Source: Microcoleus sp. (GTDB lineage Bacteria > Cyanobacteriota > Cyanobacteriia > Cyanobacteriales > Microcoleaceae). From it: 64,000 nt of DNA. Under the pieces are notes generated by a model that did not search any database, was not told where the DNA came from, and saw nothing but the letters and a program-made list of their open reading frames with translations. A program made the translations under genes and the position numbers. Position 1 is the first letter of the stretch. Each line of letters starts with the position of its first letter. The DNA lies in assembly GCA_052279835.1 (NCBI GenBank), contig CP181291.1:320001-384000 (forward strand). The letters run 5' to 3'. Below are positions 41,720-52,056 of the stretch, one piece after another.

Positions 41720-42433
41720 TCAGTTACCCTTAACCGGATGTTGACCGTAAAAAGGCAAAGCATCCGACCAATCTGGACGACTACCCATTTGCCACTCCAA
41801 ATAAGCCAATTCTAATACACTAGAAACAGACGCACCCAACCCGCTAGTCGCTTCAATCAACTGATAAGAATTACCCCAACTATCCAACTTTTCCTGCCAA
41901 GATTCAGGAGTCATCACCGTATCAGGAAATAACTCCTTCAAACCCGAATCTTGATTAACTGAATAAACAGCCCCAAATAATTGACCGCGCTGTGCAGGCA
42001 TTTGCACCGCGACATCATCTCTCAAAAGCCTCCCTGAGTGTAGGGGCGGTTCCAATTCCAAAAGCCCCCCCTTAATAAGGGGGGGTTGGGGGGGTTGTGC
42101 CCAAGCAAAAGCCGCCAAAGTTGAAATAGTAAAAATCGGAATATCCAACTGTTGAGCCAAAGTCCGCGCCGTCACCATACCAATGCGAGTCCCCGTGAAA
42201 CCTCCAGGCCCCTTAGCAACTGCAATAAAAGCCAAATCCGCCCAAGTTTGTGGCTGAATAAACTCAACTAAATACTGGTGCAAATGAGTTGCTAAATCCC
42301 GATCCAAATTCCAAGTTGCACAGCGAGATTCACCGGCAAAATTGCTGATGGCTAAACCAAGTTCGCGACTGGCTGTGTGCAAGGCTAAGCCGTATTTTTT
42401 AACTGATGTTGCGGATTTGGGATGGCTATTCAT
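41720..42433 (-). CDS. tsaB: tRNA t6A biosynthesis protein TsaB
   Basis: LALHTAS; AVAKGPGGFTGTRIG; ALPFYGQHPV. Confidence 0.9.
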   Translation of the reverse strand: MNSHPKSATSVKKYGLALHTASRELGLAISNFAGESRCATWNLDRDLATHLHQYLVEFIQPQTWADLAFIAVAKGPGGFTGTRIGMVTARTLAQQLDIPIFTISTLAAFAWAQPPQPPLIKGGLLELEPPLHSGRLLRDDVAVQMPAQRGQLFGAVYSVNQDSGLKELFPDTVMTPESWQEKLDSWGNSYQLIEATSGLGASVSSVLELAYLEWQMGSRPDWSDALPFYGQHPVKGN

Positions 42434-42436
42434 TAT

Positions 42437-44149
42437 TTATTGATAATTTTCCTTAATAAAAAACAGAGGAGAAGCTACAACTAAGCAAGCCAAAAGAAAG
42501 CCAAATATTCCCGTATTTAAAATCCTGGAATTTCCCATGCTTCCGGCCATCAGAAACAACAATACTAAAGTTGCAAATAAATTGTTATTCGCAAATTCTT
42601 TATTTTGGGAAACTTGATACTTGACGAACATAAAAGCCACTGAAATTATCAGGGCAAACATAGCATTAAAAATCACTATTTGAGAGCCAAAGATAAACCA
42701 AACTAAGCTAAACATCAGTAAGTCTATCCAAAACTCTTTTGTTTGCAACTTGGGCAACCAAAAATCTTGGGTAGCAAGGGGCGCGATTCGTTTAGCTAAT
42801 TTATTATGGTGCAGCCGAATGATTTTATTTCTTAACTTAATCTTTGGGTCAATTTGCAATACTTGCTGCCACTCTGGCGCGCGGGAATTGTTAACTCTGC
42901 CCAACAGCTTCACGGCTGCAATTTTATTTAACTGCAAATCGGTGAGTCTGGTGGTAATTATTTGAGCTAAGTGCGGATAATAAACGGGATTGTCTGGAGT
43001 TCTGTTGATGACGATATTCAGCTTGTGCTTGGCTTGGTTAACTTGAATTATGACATTATATGGGGCGATCGCCTCTTGCAAAGCTTGTTGAATTGCGGCG
43101 TGCTCTTGGGGACTGAACAGGGACACACCGGGCGCAGGTGTCAGCACCCGTTCTGCGGGTTCCTCCGGCGCGTCTAAAACAGGCGAAGCCTCTAAATATA
43201 TCGGTTTGGGGTTCAATTGCCGGATGACGGCTGATACTGAACTATAGCGCCGATTGGTGGCACTTTGGAGCATGGTGTCGAGGATACGGCCGAAATCGTC
43301 GCTAACAGCGGTTTTCAAATAATTTCGCCACGCCCAAGCATCCTCTGTGGTGTCGAACAAATCGAAGGGGGGAATTTGAGTCAGCAAATGAATGCAGGTA
43401 ACGCCCAAACTATAGATATCGCTGGCAAAAACTGCCTTACCCATCAGTTGTTCTGGGGCTGTATAAGCAGCGCTACCGATAATTGTACCAGTTGGCTGCA
43501 ACCCCGGTGCTGTTACTTTTTTAGCGGCACCAAAATCTACGAGAACAATATCTTTTTGAAACGGAGATGGTTGAAAGGAATTTTCTAGTGGTGGTAAAGG
43601 GGTTGGGGAGAGTCGGCGACGAATAATATTTTCGGGTTTGATGTCACGGTGAATGACTTTTGATTTGTGGACAAAGTGGAGGACTGGTAATAAATCCTGG
43701 AGGATTTTACGAATTTGAGTTTCGGTGAATGCTCCTTTTTGTTCTAGTTCTTGAGCTAGGTTTTTGCCGTCTATAAATTCTTGTACTAAATATTGTCTGC
43801 CGTTTTGTTCAAAATGTGCTAATAATTCGGGAATTTGCGGGTGTTTGCCTAATATTTGTAGTTGGGCTGCTTCTTGGTGAAATAGTCGATCGGCTTTTTC
43901 AGCGGGGTTTTTTTGGGGTAAGGATTGCTTGATGACGCACTGGGGAAAAATCTGGGGTTTGGTTTCATCTACTGCTAGGAATGTTCTGCCAAAACCGCCT
44001 TGTCCGATCGGCTTTATGGTACGGTAGCGAGATGCTGGGGAGGCTTTTGGGTCGGGAGTTAACAATAATTGTGACCCGCAACTTTCGCACAATTCTGCAT
44101 CACCGAGGTTTTGCGGATGCTGACAAGTTGGGTTTAAGCAATAGCTCAT
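42437..44149 (-). CDS. Ser/Thr protein kinase with C-terminal TM segments
   Basis: GQGGFG, HRDIKPEN, DFG, APE; N-terminal 4-Cys motif. Confidence 0.93.
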   Translation of the reverse strand: MSYCLNPTCQHPQNLGDAELCESCGSQLLLTPDPKASPASRYRTIKPIGQGGFGRTFLAVDETKPQIFPQCVIKQSLPQKNPAEKADRLFHQEAAQLQILGKHPQIPELLAHFEQNGRQYLVQEFIDGKNLAQELEQKGAFTETQIRKILQDLLPVLHFVHKSKVIHRDIKPENIIRRRLSPTPLPPLENSFQPSPFQKDIVLVDFGAAKKVTAPGLQPTGTIIGSAAYTAPEQLMGKAVFASDIYSLGVTCIHLLTQIPPFDLFDTTEDAWAWRNYLKTAVSDDFGRILDTMLQSATNRRYSSVSAVIRQLNPKPIYLEASPVLDAPEEPAERVLTPAPGVSLFSPQEHAAIQQALQEAIAPYNVIIQVNQAKHKLNIVINRTPDNPVYYPHLAQIITTRLTDLQLNKIAAVKLLGRVNNSRAPEWQQVLQIDPKIKLRNKIIRLHHNKLAKRIAPLATQDFWLPKLQTKEFWIDLLMFSLVWFIFGSQIVIFNAMFALIISVAFMFVKYQVSQNKEFANNNLFATLVLLFLMAGSMGNSRILNTGIFGFLLACLVVASPLFFIKENYQ

Positions 44150-44151
44150 TT

Positions 44152-44372
44152 GATTTTAGATTTTATATTTTAGATTATTGATTGGTAATTGGGAATGGGG
44201 AATTGGGAATGGGGAATTGGGGAATTGGGAATTGGTTATTGGCAGCTCCAAGCGACGAAAAAATAACCAATTACCAATGACTAATGACTACTGACTACTG
44301 ACTAATGACTACTGACTAATGACTACTGACTACTGACTACTGACTACTGACTACTGACTAATGACTACTGAC
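44152..44372. repeat. STRR heptamer tandem repeats (TGGGAAT, GACTACT/GACTAAT)
   Basis: Directly visible. Confidence 0.9.
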
Positions 44373-44621
44373 TTAAGTCGGTACGAGTTCGCCCGGCCGC
44401 AATTTGGCCCATTTTCCGATTTCTTGCTTGAAACTTTCACAGCCGACTACATCCCATTCCATTTCTACTTCATCTTGGCGGGGTCGGATGTTGACGTTGA
44501 TTGTGGGTTCTACGGGGTCGAAATCGGGGGTTTCGGTGAGGTGAGGCTGTTCGTGCTGTCCTTCTACGGCGTGGTAGGTGAAGCAGCGGTCTACATAATG
44601 GCAGTTAACACAAATACACAT
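44373..44621 (-). CDS. ycf34: Ycf34 family protein
   Basis: MCICVNCHYVDRCFTYHAVE...EWDVVGC. Confidence 0.9.
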   Translation of the reverse strand: MCICVNCHYVDRCFTYHAVEGQHEQPHLTETPDFDPVEPTINVNIRPRQDEVEMEWDVVGCESFKQEIGKWAKLRPGELVPT

Positions 44622-44727
44622 CTTTGATATCCTCTGTGCATTTCAAAAAGATTGGTGAATTTCGAGCTTTCTGTTAATCTAGCTTAACCAGAGTTTTATG
44701 GTTGTAAGTTTATTTATTTTTGTTGCG

Positions 44728-45981
44728 ATGTCGGATAGTTTGCCACCTACATTATCTCCTGATTCTTGGCCGTTTGATTTGGAACTGCTGACGCCGCCTG
44801 CTTATTTGGTGGGTGGTGCGGTGCGGGATGCGTTACTGGGAAGGCGATCGCCTTATTTTGATTTAGATTTTGTTATGCTAACACGGGCAGTGAAGACTGC
44901 TCGAAAAATTGCCGATCGCACTAATGCTGGGTTTGTTTTGTTGGATGCGGAACGCCAAATTGCACGGGTGGTGTTTGCGGGCGGTACGGTGGATTTGGCG
45001 CAGGCGGAAGGGGGGAGTCTGGAGGGGGATTTGTGGCGTCGGGATTTTCGGATTAATGCGATCGCCTGCAATCCTTTTACCGGAGAAATCATCGATCCTG
45101 TGGATGGTCAAACTGATTTGCGGCTGGGTTTGGTGCGGATGATTTCCCGCGCCAATTTGGAAGATGATCCGCTGAGGTTATTAAGAGCTTACCGTCAAGC
45201 GGCGCAGTTGGGTTTTGCGATCGAACCGGAAACCCAGTCGGCGATTCGCGAATTAGCACCGTTGTTGAGTCGGGTAGCGGTGGAACGGGTGCGGACAGAA
45301 TTGGGTTATTTGTTAAGCAATCCTAACGGTGTACCTTGGATTTGTCGGGGTTGGGAAGATGGTTTGTTTTCGATTTGGTTTGAAAGTGCGATCGACCGTT
45401 TTGATACTTTAACCAAAATTGACCAATCTGCTGACCAATTAACAGCAATTTACCCGGAATTAGCAAAGGAATTCGGGCGCCAGATTCGAGATACGATTAA
45501 AACGCCGTTGTTGGCTGTGGCTAAGTTGGCTATTTTGGCAGATTCTGACCCGACAATGGCTGAAACTGAGTTGCTACGGTTAAAGTATAGCAATGCTGAG
45601 ATTAAAAGTGCGATCGAGCTTGTGAAATATTTGCCCAAATTGCAAGCACAACCTATCTCTGAGATGTCTTTGCGAGAACAGTATTTCTTATTTCGAGATT
45701 TGGGAATAGTATTTCCAGTTTTAGCAGTGTTGGCTGTAGCTGTGGGAGTTTCCATGGATGAGATTTCACTGTTAATTAATCGCTATCTTGATGCGGATGA
45801 TATAGTTGCACATCCGACACAATTAGTTAGCGGCAATGATTTAATGGAATATTTAAATATGCCCAGAAGTCCGCAAATAGGTCAATTATTAATGGAAATT
45901 CAATTAGCGCGGGTAGAGGGGAGAATTTCTACTCGCGAAGCAGCGCTAAAATTGGCAGCAGATTTGATTGATATTCATTGA
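44728..45981 (+). CDS. tRNA nucleotidyltransferase (CCA-adding/poly(A) polymerase family)
   Basis: VGGAVRD, DLD, RRDFRINA, DDPLRLLRAYR. Confidence 0.9.
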   Translation: MSDSLPPTLSPDSWPFDLELLTPPAYLVGGAVRDALLGRRSPYFDLDFVMLTRAVKTARKIADRTNAGFVLLDAERQIARVVFAGGTVDLAQAEGGSLEGDLWRRDFRINAIACNPFTGEIIDPVDGQTDLRLGLVRMISRANLEDDPLRLLRAYRQAAQLGFAIEPETQSAIRELAPLLSRVAVERVRTELGYLLSNPNGVPWICRGWEDGLFSIWFESAIDRFDTLTKIDQSADQLTAIYPELAKEFGRQIRDTIKTPLLAVAKLAILADSDPTMAETELLRLKYSNAEIKSAIELVKYLPKLQAQPISEMSLREQYFLFRDLGIVFPVLAVLAVAVGVSMDEISLLINRYLDADDIVAHPTQLVSGNDLMEYLNMPRSPQIGQLLMEIQLARVEGRISTREAALKLAADLIDIH

Positions 45982-46077
45982 TTTTACAACTCTCGCCCCA
46001 GTTAACCTGAACTTTAAACCCCAATATTTGTCTGGAGGTTTCACCAACAATAAACCTATCACAACGTACTAAGCCTG

Positions 46078-46425
46078 TTAATTCTGAGGGTTTAATTCTG
46101 ACGGTAATTCAAACTTCCCATCGGCACCTGCTTCAAACTCCATAACTTTCAACACCGCATCCACATTCAGCGGCCCGTAAATATGGGGATACATATCTCC
46201 GGCGGCCGGTTCATACTTAACCTCTGCTTCCACTTTTTCCGAATCTATCCACAGCAAAAGTAATCCTGTTTGTCCGATAAAAAACTTATTGGCGCTTCTA
46301 GTAATTTGTGGGATTGTCGAACAGTGGATGAATCCTTCAGAGTCTAGGGTATCGCCACGATAGAATTGAAGCTGTTTTGCTTCTTCCCACTGTTGGCTTT
46401 TAGCAATGTGAAATATAACGCTCAT
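46078..46425 (-). CDS. DUF952 protein
   Basis: EGFIHCS; YPHIYGPLN. Confidence 0.88.
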   Translation of the reverse strand: MSVIFHIAKSQQWEEAKQLQFYRGDTLDSEGFIHCSTIPQITRSANKFFIGQTGLLLLWIDSEKVEAEVKYEPAAGDMYPHIYGPLNVDAVLKVMEFEAGADGKFELPSELNPQN

Positions 46426-46509
46426 AAATTGATAAGTTTAACGCAAAACAATCTGCTTTTGGATACAAAGTTTCTTCAAGTATCTGCCGATATTAGCATA
46501 GATAAAATG

Positions 46510-46671
46510 GAGGCAGAGCCTCTAGATATGCGTTACCAGGCAGAGCCTGGTCACGAGATTTGACAACAGTTTAAATATGCGTTACCAGGTAGAGCCTGGT
46601 AACGAGATTTTACAGCAGTTTAAATATGCGTTACCAGGTAGAGCCTGGTAACGAGATTTTACAGCAGTTTA
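46510..46671. repeat. Three 49-bp tandem REP-like units
   Basis: TATGCGTTACCAGG(C/T)AGAGCCTGGT(C/A)ACGAG at 46527, 46576 and 46625. Confidence 0.88.
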
Positions 46672-47121
46672 GCAGGCCACGAGTACATCCGATCGCCCTA
46701 ATACTCTCATATCTTCCTCATCAAGTTCCACAGGCATACCGCTGCGTATTAGTTCTACAAAATCCTCATTAGGGACCATGATGCACAAAGCATACAACCG
46801 TTCGCTACCAGTGTTCTCAATTAGGTGGGTGCTGGTGGGTGGCACTAACAAACTATCTCCTGCCCTAATACTAACAGTTTTGCCGTCACAGGTTGCTCGC
46901 CCTTGTCCCTTGAGTACAAAAAACATTTCTACTGCCAATAAATGCCGATTGGGAGGAGTTTTGCCACCCACATCAAAAATTTCGATACAAACTGTTAAGG
47001 AACTATTGGCTGCTGCGGGATCGAAGACGATGGCTAATCTATTAGTATCCCATGGACTAATGCGAAATGCTTGGTAGTCTTGGGGAGACTTTGACACGGG
47101 AATCATGCACTGATTTGTCAT
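46669..47121 (-). CDS. Cupin domain protein
   Basis: PPNRH...EMFFVLKG...GDSLLVP...H. Confidence 0.85.
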   Translation of the reverse strand: MTNQCMIPVSKSPQDYQAFRISPWDTNRLAIVFDPAAANSSLTVCIEIFDVGGKTPPNRHLLAVEMFFVLKGQGRATCDGKTVSIRAGDSLLVPPTSTHLIENTGSERLYALCIMVPNEDFVELIRSGMPVELDEEDMRVLGRSDVLVAC

Positions 47122-47162
47122 GTTTTTATTCTGAGTTGTTACTTGTTATGTTTCTGATGTCA

Positions 47163-47933
47163 TTAGTTAATTGCTTCTAACATAGCCTGAGAATTAGACA
47201 AAAAACCAAAACATTGCTTAACGTTATATAGAGTAGCTTGCCAGCAATAATCTGGCGATGTCGTAGCAGTACAATCTTTGACTAAAATGCAGTCGTAACC
47301 GAGGAAATTAGCATCTTGCAGCGTCGCCATCACGCACTGATCCGCGTTGACTCCTGCAAAGAAAAGTGTAGTTTTGCCCAGGTTTTTGAGAATACTATCT
47401 AAAGCAGTATCCCAAAAGCCACTCATCCGATATTTATCAACGCAAATATCCTCGGATTTCGGTGTCAATTCATCGACAATTTGCGCCGCCCAACTCCCAG
47501 CCGTTAATACAGCAGCACCGTTTTTTGGTAGCGGATCTCCCAAACCTACGCCGTCTCCTGTGGGATTGTAAACGTGACGGGAAGCTGCGCTAATATTGAG
47601 TAAATCGGGGCGGTTTCCCCAGTTGATCCAAATAATCGGAATTGCGCGCGATCGCAATTTTGGCAGTAAATTTTGTAAAGGAATAATTGGAGTTCTCGCT
47701 GGCGTTACATCTACGCCAATATGTGATAGCCAACCGTCGGGATGACAGAAATCATTTTGCATATCGATCACCAACATTGCAGCTTTGGCTAAATCCACAC
47801 GCAGCGTTTTAGTTTGTGTTTCCAAAGTTACAATTTGGGGAGGCAGTTGGGGGCGGGTGATGTCGGCAATTTTGGCATCAACTTTCCAAGCATTCGGCGG
47901 CACGCCCAAGGTACGGAGATTTTCAGGATTCAT
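47163..47933 (-). CDS. Isochorismatase-family cysteine hydrolase
   Basis: IDMQNDF, KYRMSGF, GVNADQCV (D-K-C triad). Confidence 0.88.
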   Translation of the reverse strand: MNPENLRTLGVPPNAWKVDAKIADITRPQLPPQIVTLETQTKTLRVDLAKAAMLVIDMQNDFCHPDGWLSHIGVDVTPARTPIIPLQNLLPKLRSRAIPIIWINWGNRPDLLNISAASRHVYNPTGDGVGLGDPLPKNGAAVLTAGSWAAQIVDELTPKSEDICVDKYRMSGFWDTALDSILKNLGKTTLFFAGVNADQCVMATLQDANFLGYDCILVKDCTATTSPDYCWQATLYNVKQCFGFLSNSQAMLEAIN

Positions 47934-48241
47934 AGGTTCTATCGCACAAAACTAATTTCAATTTTATCACCATTTTTTTACTTACTAATTTACCAAAGGT
48001 GAAGATTTTCAGCTTAATAAATTAACAAAAATTAAACACAGCTATTCTGACAATTTTTTGGGGATTCGATATAATTAAATTGTCCTATCCTAGATTATCG
48101 CCAAATCTAGATATCTTAAGGAAAGTTTTATAATAATTCATCTGTAATTCAATATGCTAAAATCCTTGGGGCGCAGTCAGTTTTAGACCGGACCGATCGT
48201 AAAATATAAATAGATGTGAATTCACCAGCAGGGGTCAATCT

Positions 48242-49747
48242 GTGAGCTTTACAATTCAAAATGTTTTAATTCCCGTTGAGGGGGGTTATGAAACCGCAGA
48301 GGTGCAGGTGGTGGATAATTGCATAAGTGCGTTAGCGAAGCCCTCGAAGAGGATCGCACCCAACAACCCCTCTGTTAATTCCCCCCCTTACCAAGGGGAA
48401 ACCGCCCTTTTTAGTCCCCCCCCTTACCAAGGGGGGGATAGGGGGGGTGAAACAGTTATCGACGGCACAAATAAGCTGCTGCTTCCTGGTTTTGTCAACG
48501 CCCACACGCACTCTTCCGAAATGTGGCAGCGGGGCATAATTCCCCCTTTGCCGCTGGAATTGTGGATTGCAGAATTGTACGATTTTACCCCTCTCGATAC
48601 CGCACAAATTTACTTGAGTGCACTGGGAACAGCCGTAGAAACATTGCTATCTGGAGGGACAACCGTAGTCGATCATTTAGTCTTGATTCCCGGACAAGAA
48701 TTAGAGACAATTGCGGCAGCAGTTCGCGCTTACCAAGAAATTGGAATTCGCGCTTTCATCGGCCCGTTAATTCAAGATGAATCTCTAAAATCTGGAATGC
48801 CCGGTGGCGATAGTGGTATCGAGACAGCAGCTTATTTGCGATCGACTCAGGCAACTTTAGATTTAATGGAATCAGCCATCAAACAGTTTCACAACCCAGA
48901 ATTAGGTGTGAATATATTATTAGCGCCGACGGGAATTCAACTGTGTTCTGATGCGTTATTTGAAGGTTGTATCGATTTGAGCGATCGCCAAAATCTTTGC
49001 CGCCACGCCCACCTCTTAGAAACCCGCGCCCAGAAACAATTAGCTCAAGAAAAATATGGTTGTAGCGCCGTAGCACACTTGCAACAAATTGGGTTCTTGA
49101 GTCCCAGAACATCCCTAGCACACTGTGTTTGGTTGGACGATGCAGACATTGCAATTATGGCAGCAACCCAATCCACCGTTGTCCATAATCCCCTCAGTAA
49201 CCTACGTTTAGGAAGCGGTATCGCACCAATTTTAAAATACCTTAAAGCCGGAGTAAATGTTTCCTTTGGTTGCGACGGTGCCGCTAGCAATGACTCCCAG
49301 GATTTGCTAGAAGCGATTAAAATTGGTTCCCTATTGCACAACATCACTGATTTAGATTATCGCCATTGGATTACGCCACGCCAGTCAGTAGAAATGGCCT
49401 CATTAGGAGGAGCAAAAGGCTTAAATATGGCAGATAAAATTGGTTCTTTGACTGTAGGCAAACGAGCGGATTTTGTGTTATACGATTTAACGAATTTATC
49501 ATTACTACCACGGACCGATCCCATTGGTTTACTCATCTTGGGTCGTCCGACTAATGCTGTGCATAGTGTTTGGGTAAATGGCAAACAAATTGTAGCAGCA
49601 GGTAAGGTGAAAACAATTGATGTTGATGATTTGAGAAAGGAATTATTCGATCGCAGTGAGTGGACTAGCAAGCGCCAATCAGCAATGGTGACTGAAATTG
49701 AGGCTCATTACCGCCAAGTGATGAATTTGCCCGATCGCTCTGAGTAA
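48242..49747 (+). CDS. Metal-dependent amidohydrolase/deaminase (AtzA/SsnA-like)
   Basis: PGFVNAHTH, HLLE, AHCV, HNPLSN, GCDG. Confidence 0.88.
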   Translation: MSFTIQNVLIPVEGGYETAEVQVVDNCISALAKPSKRIAPNNPSVNSPPYQGETALFSPPPYQGGDRGGETVIDGTNKLLLPGFVNAHTHSSEMWQRGIIPPLPLELWIAELYDFTPLDTAQIYLSALGTAVETLLSGGTTVVDHLVLIPGQELETIAAAVRAYQEIGIRAFIGPLIQDESLKSGMPGGDSGIETAAYLRSTQATLDLMESAIKQFHNPELGVNILLAPTGIQLCSDALFEGCIDLSDRQNLCRHAHLLETRAQKQLAQEKYGCSAVAHLQQIGFLSPRTSLAHCVWLDDADIAIMAATQSTVVHNPLSNLRLGSGIAPILKYLKAGVNVSFGCDGAASNDSQDLLEAIKIGSLLHNITDLDYRHWITPRQSVEMASLGGAKGLNMADKIGSLTVGKRADFVLYDLTNLSLLPRTDPIGLLILGRPTNAVHSVWVNGKQIVAAGKVKTIDVDDLRKELFDRSEWTSKRQSAMVTEIEAHYRQVMNLPDRSE

Positions 49748-49820
49748 GGTAAAATTGAGATCTAGCCTTTGTCACTAACATAAGGTAGCCAAGGGTAATG
49801 GGTAATTGGTAATGGGTAAT

Positions 49821-51029
49821 ATGTACAACAAGTTGATGATTAAACTACACCGATCGCAGAGGATACTGGCTTTAATAATTGCTTTTGCGATCGCCCTCAC
49901 ATCCACCGCCATCTTCTCTCCCCGTGGCTGGGCTCAAACTCCGCCAAAAATGCCTATAAAAACCGAATTGCGCGGCATTTGGCTGACCAACATTGACAGC
50001 AATGTCATCTTCTCCCAGAAAAACATAACTGACGCTGTAAATCGCCTAGAAAAACTTAATTTTAACACCATATATCCTACCGTTTGGCAAGGGGGTTATA
50101 CCATTCATCCCAGCGCTGTCGCCAAACGAGTATTCGGACAATTAAATGACCCAGCACCAGCATTAAAAGGGCGAGATGTTCTTAAAGAAATCATTACAGA
50201 AGCACATAAAAAAGGTATCGCAGTAATCCCTTGGTTTGAGTTTGGTTTCATGGCTCCCGCCAAATCGGAATTAGCGAGATTACACCCCGACTGGCTGGCG
50301 AAACGACGCGACGGTTCAACTATTTGGAAAGAAGGTATAGAAGAGCGCGTGTGGCTGAGTCCTTTTCATCCAGAAGTGCAGAAATTTATCCAAGATTTAG
50401 TTGTGGAACTGGTGGCAAATTACGATCTAGATGGGATTCAATTTGATGACCATTTCGGCTTACCCTCAGAATTTGGATATGAACCGCTAACGGTTTTAAT
50501 GTACCAAAAAGATATCAAAAAACCTCCCTCGAACGACTCCCGCGAAACCTTCTGGGTGCGCTGGCGTGCCGACAGAATCAATCAGTTTATGGGGAAACTT
50601 TTTACAGCTATCAAAGCCCGCAAACAAAAATGTATTGTGGCTTTATCTCCCAACCCTTTTAACTTTGCCTTACCAGCTAGTTTGCAAGACTGGTTTACTT
50701 GGGAAAGACGCGGTTACATCGAAGAAATTGTGTTGCAGGTTTATCGCAGCGATATCAAGCGTTTTAATCAGGAACTGGAACGCGAAGAAGTTAAACTGGC
50801 TAAGCCTCATATTCCCACAGCGATCGGTATTTTAACTGGTTTGAAAAATAACCCTGTTCCCCTCAAACAAATTCAAGAACAAGTACAAGAAGTGCGAAAA
50901 CGAAACTTTGCAGGTGTCTCATTCTTTTTCTATGAAAGCTTATCAAATTGGGCCAAAGAAACTCCCGAAGAGCGAAATACGGCATTCCGGGCATTTTTTC
51001 CCACAAAAATACAGCGTCCGTCAGTTTAA
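49821..51029 (+). CDS. Glycoside hydrolase-like 10 (GHL10) protein
   Basis: [23 protein letters not shown]; start uncertain. Confidence 0.85.
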
Positions 51030-51069
51030 AATATTGTAGGATGTTTGTAGTCAGGACTTTAGTTCCCAG

Positions 51070-51167
51070 AAGAAGGAAGCAGGAAGAAGGAAGAAGGAAG
51101 AAGGAAGAGAATTCCCAATTCCCAATTCCCAATTCCCAATTCCCAATTCCCAATTCCCAATTCCCAA
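51070..51167. repeat. STRR heptamers (AAGAAGG, AATTCCC)
   Basis: Directly visible. Confidence 0.9.
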
Positions 51168-51170
51168 ATT

Positions 51171-51944
51171 ATGAATGTAATTCCCGCGATCGACTTATTG
51201 GATGGAAAATGCGTCAGACTCTATCAAGGAGACTACGCCAAATCCCAAACTTTTAACGACAACCCCGTCCAAGTCGCCAGACAGTGGGTCAACGAAGGCG
51301 CAACCATGCTGCATTTAGTAGACCTCGACGGGGCCAAAGCAGGTCATCCTGTCAACCAAGCAGCCATTGAAGCCATTGTCAGAGCCGTTGATGTTCCCTG
51401 TCAAGTGGGAGGCGGAATGCGCGATCGCACTTCCGTGGCTGCTATCCTTAATTTAGGCGTTCGGCGGGCAATTCTCGGCACTGTGGCTGTCGAAAAACCG
51501 GAATTAGTCGGTGAATTGTGCAGCGAATTTCCCGGTCAAATTCTGGTCGGCATTGATGCCAGAAATGGTAAAGTTGCAACTAGAGGCTGGCTAGAAACAT
51601 CGGAAGTTTTAGCAACAGAATTAGCACAGCAAATGGCAGAATTAGGTGCTGCTGAAATTATTTATACCGACATTCACCGCGACGGTACAATGGAAGGGCC
51701 GAATTTGGAATCTTTGCGCGAAATTGCCAATGCTATTTCGATTCCGGTGATTGCTTCCGGTGGTGTTAGTTCCATCGCAGATTTGTTGAGTTTGTTAGCC
51801 TTGGAAGCAATTGGTGTCAAAAGTGCGATCGTTGGTAGAGCCATTTATACTGGAGATATCTTGCTAAAAGAAGCAATTCAAGCCGTAGGTCAAGGGCGAT
51901 GGCAGGATGTTCCTCCCGATTTGGGTTCTTCAAGTTTTGCTTGA
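51171..51944 (+). CDS. hisA: ProFAR isomerase
   Basis: [34 protein letters not shown]. Confidence 0.96.
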
Positions 51945-52056
51945 GCTTCATCTTGAGTTAAGTAGCTATAAAATAGCTAGCAGTTATCACTTTGATAACT
52001 CACACTTAACAGCGAACAGTCACCGTAGAATCGTCCTTATTATCCTCACCTAACTC

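Noticed and set aside
46527..46671. CRISPR array of palindromic repeats
   Set aside because: Intervening sequences are short and nearly identical; the same REP family occurs at 10937-11088.
50863..51256. ORFs spanning the STRR tract, and other short antisense ORFs in the track
   Set aside because: They overlap well-supported genes or repeats and show no recognisable motifs.
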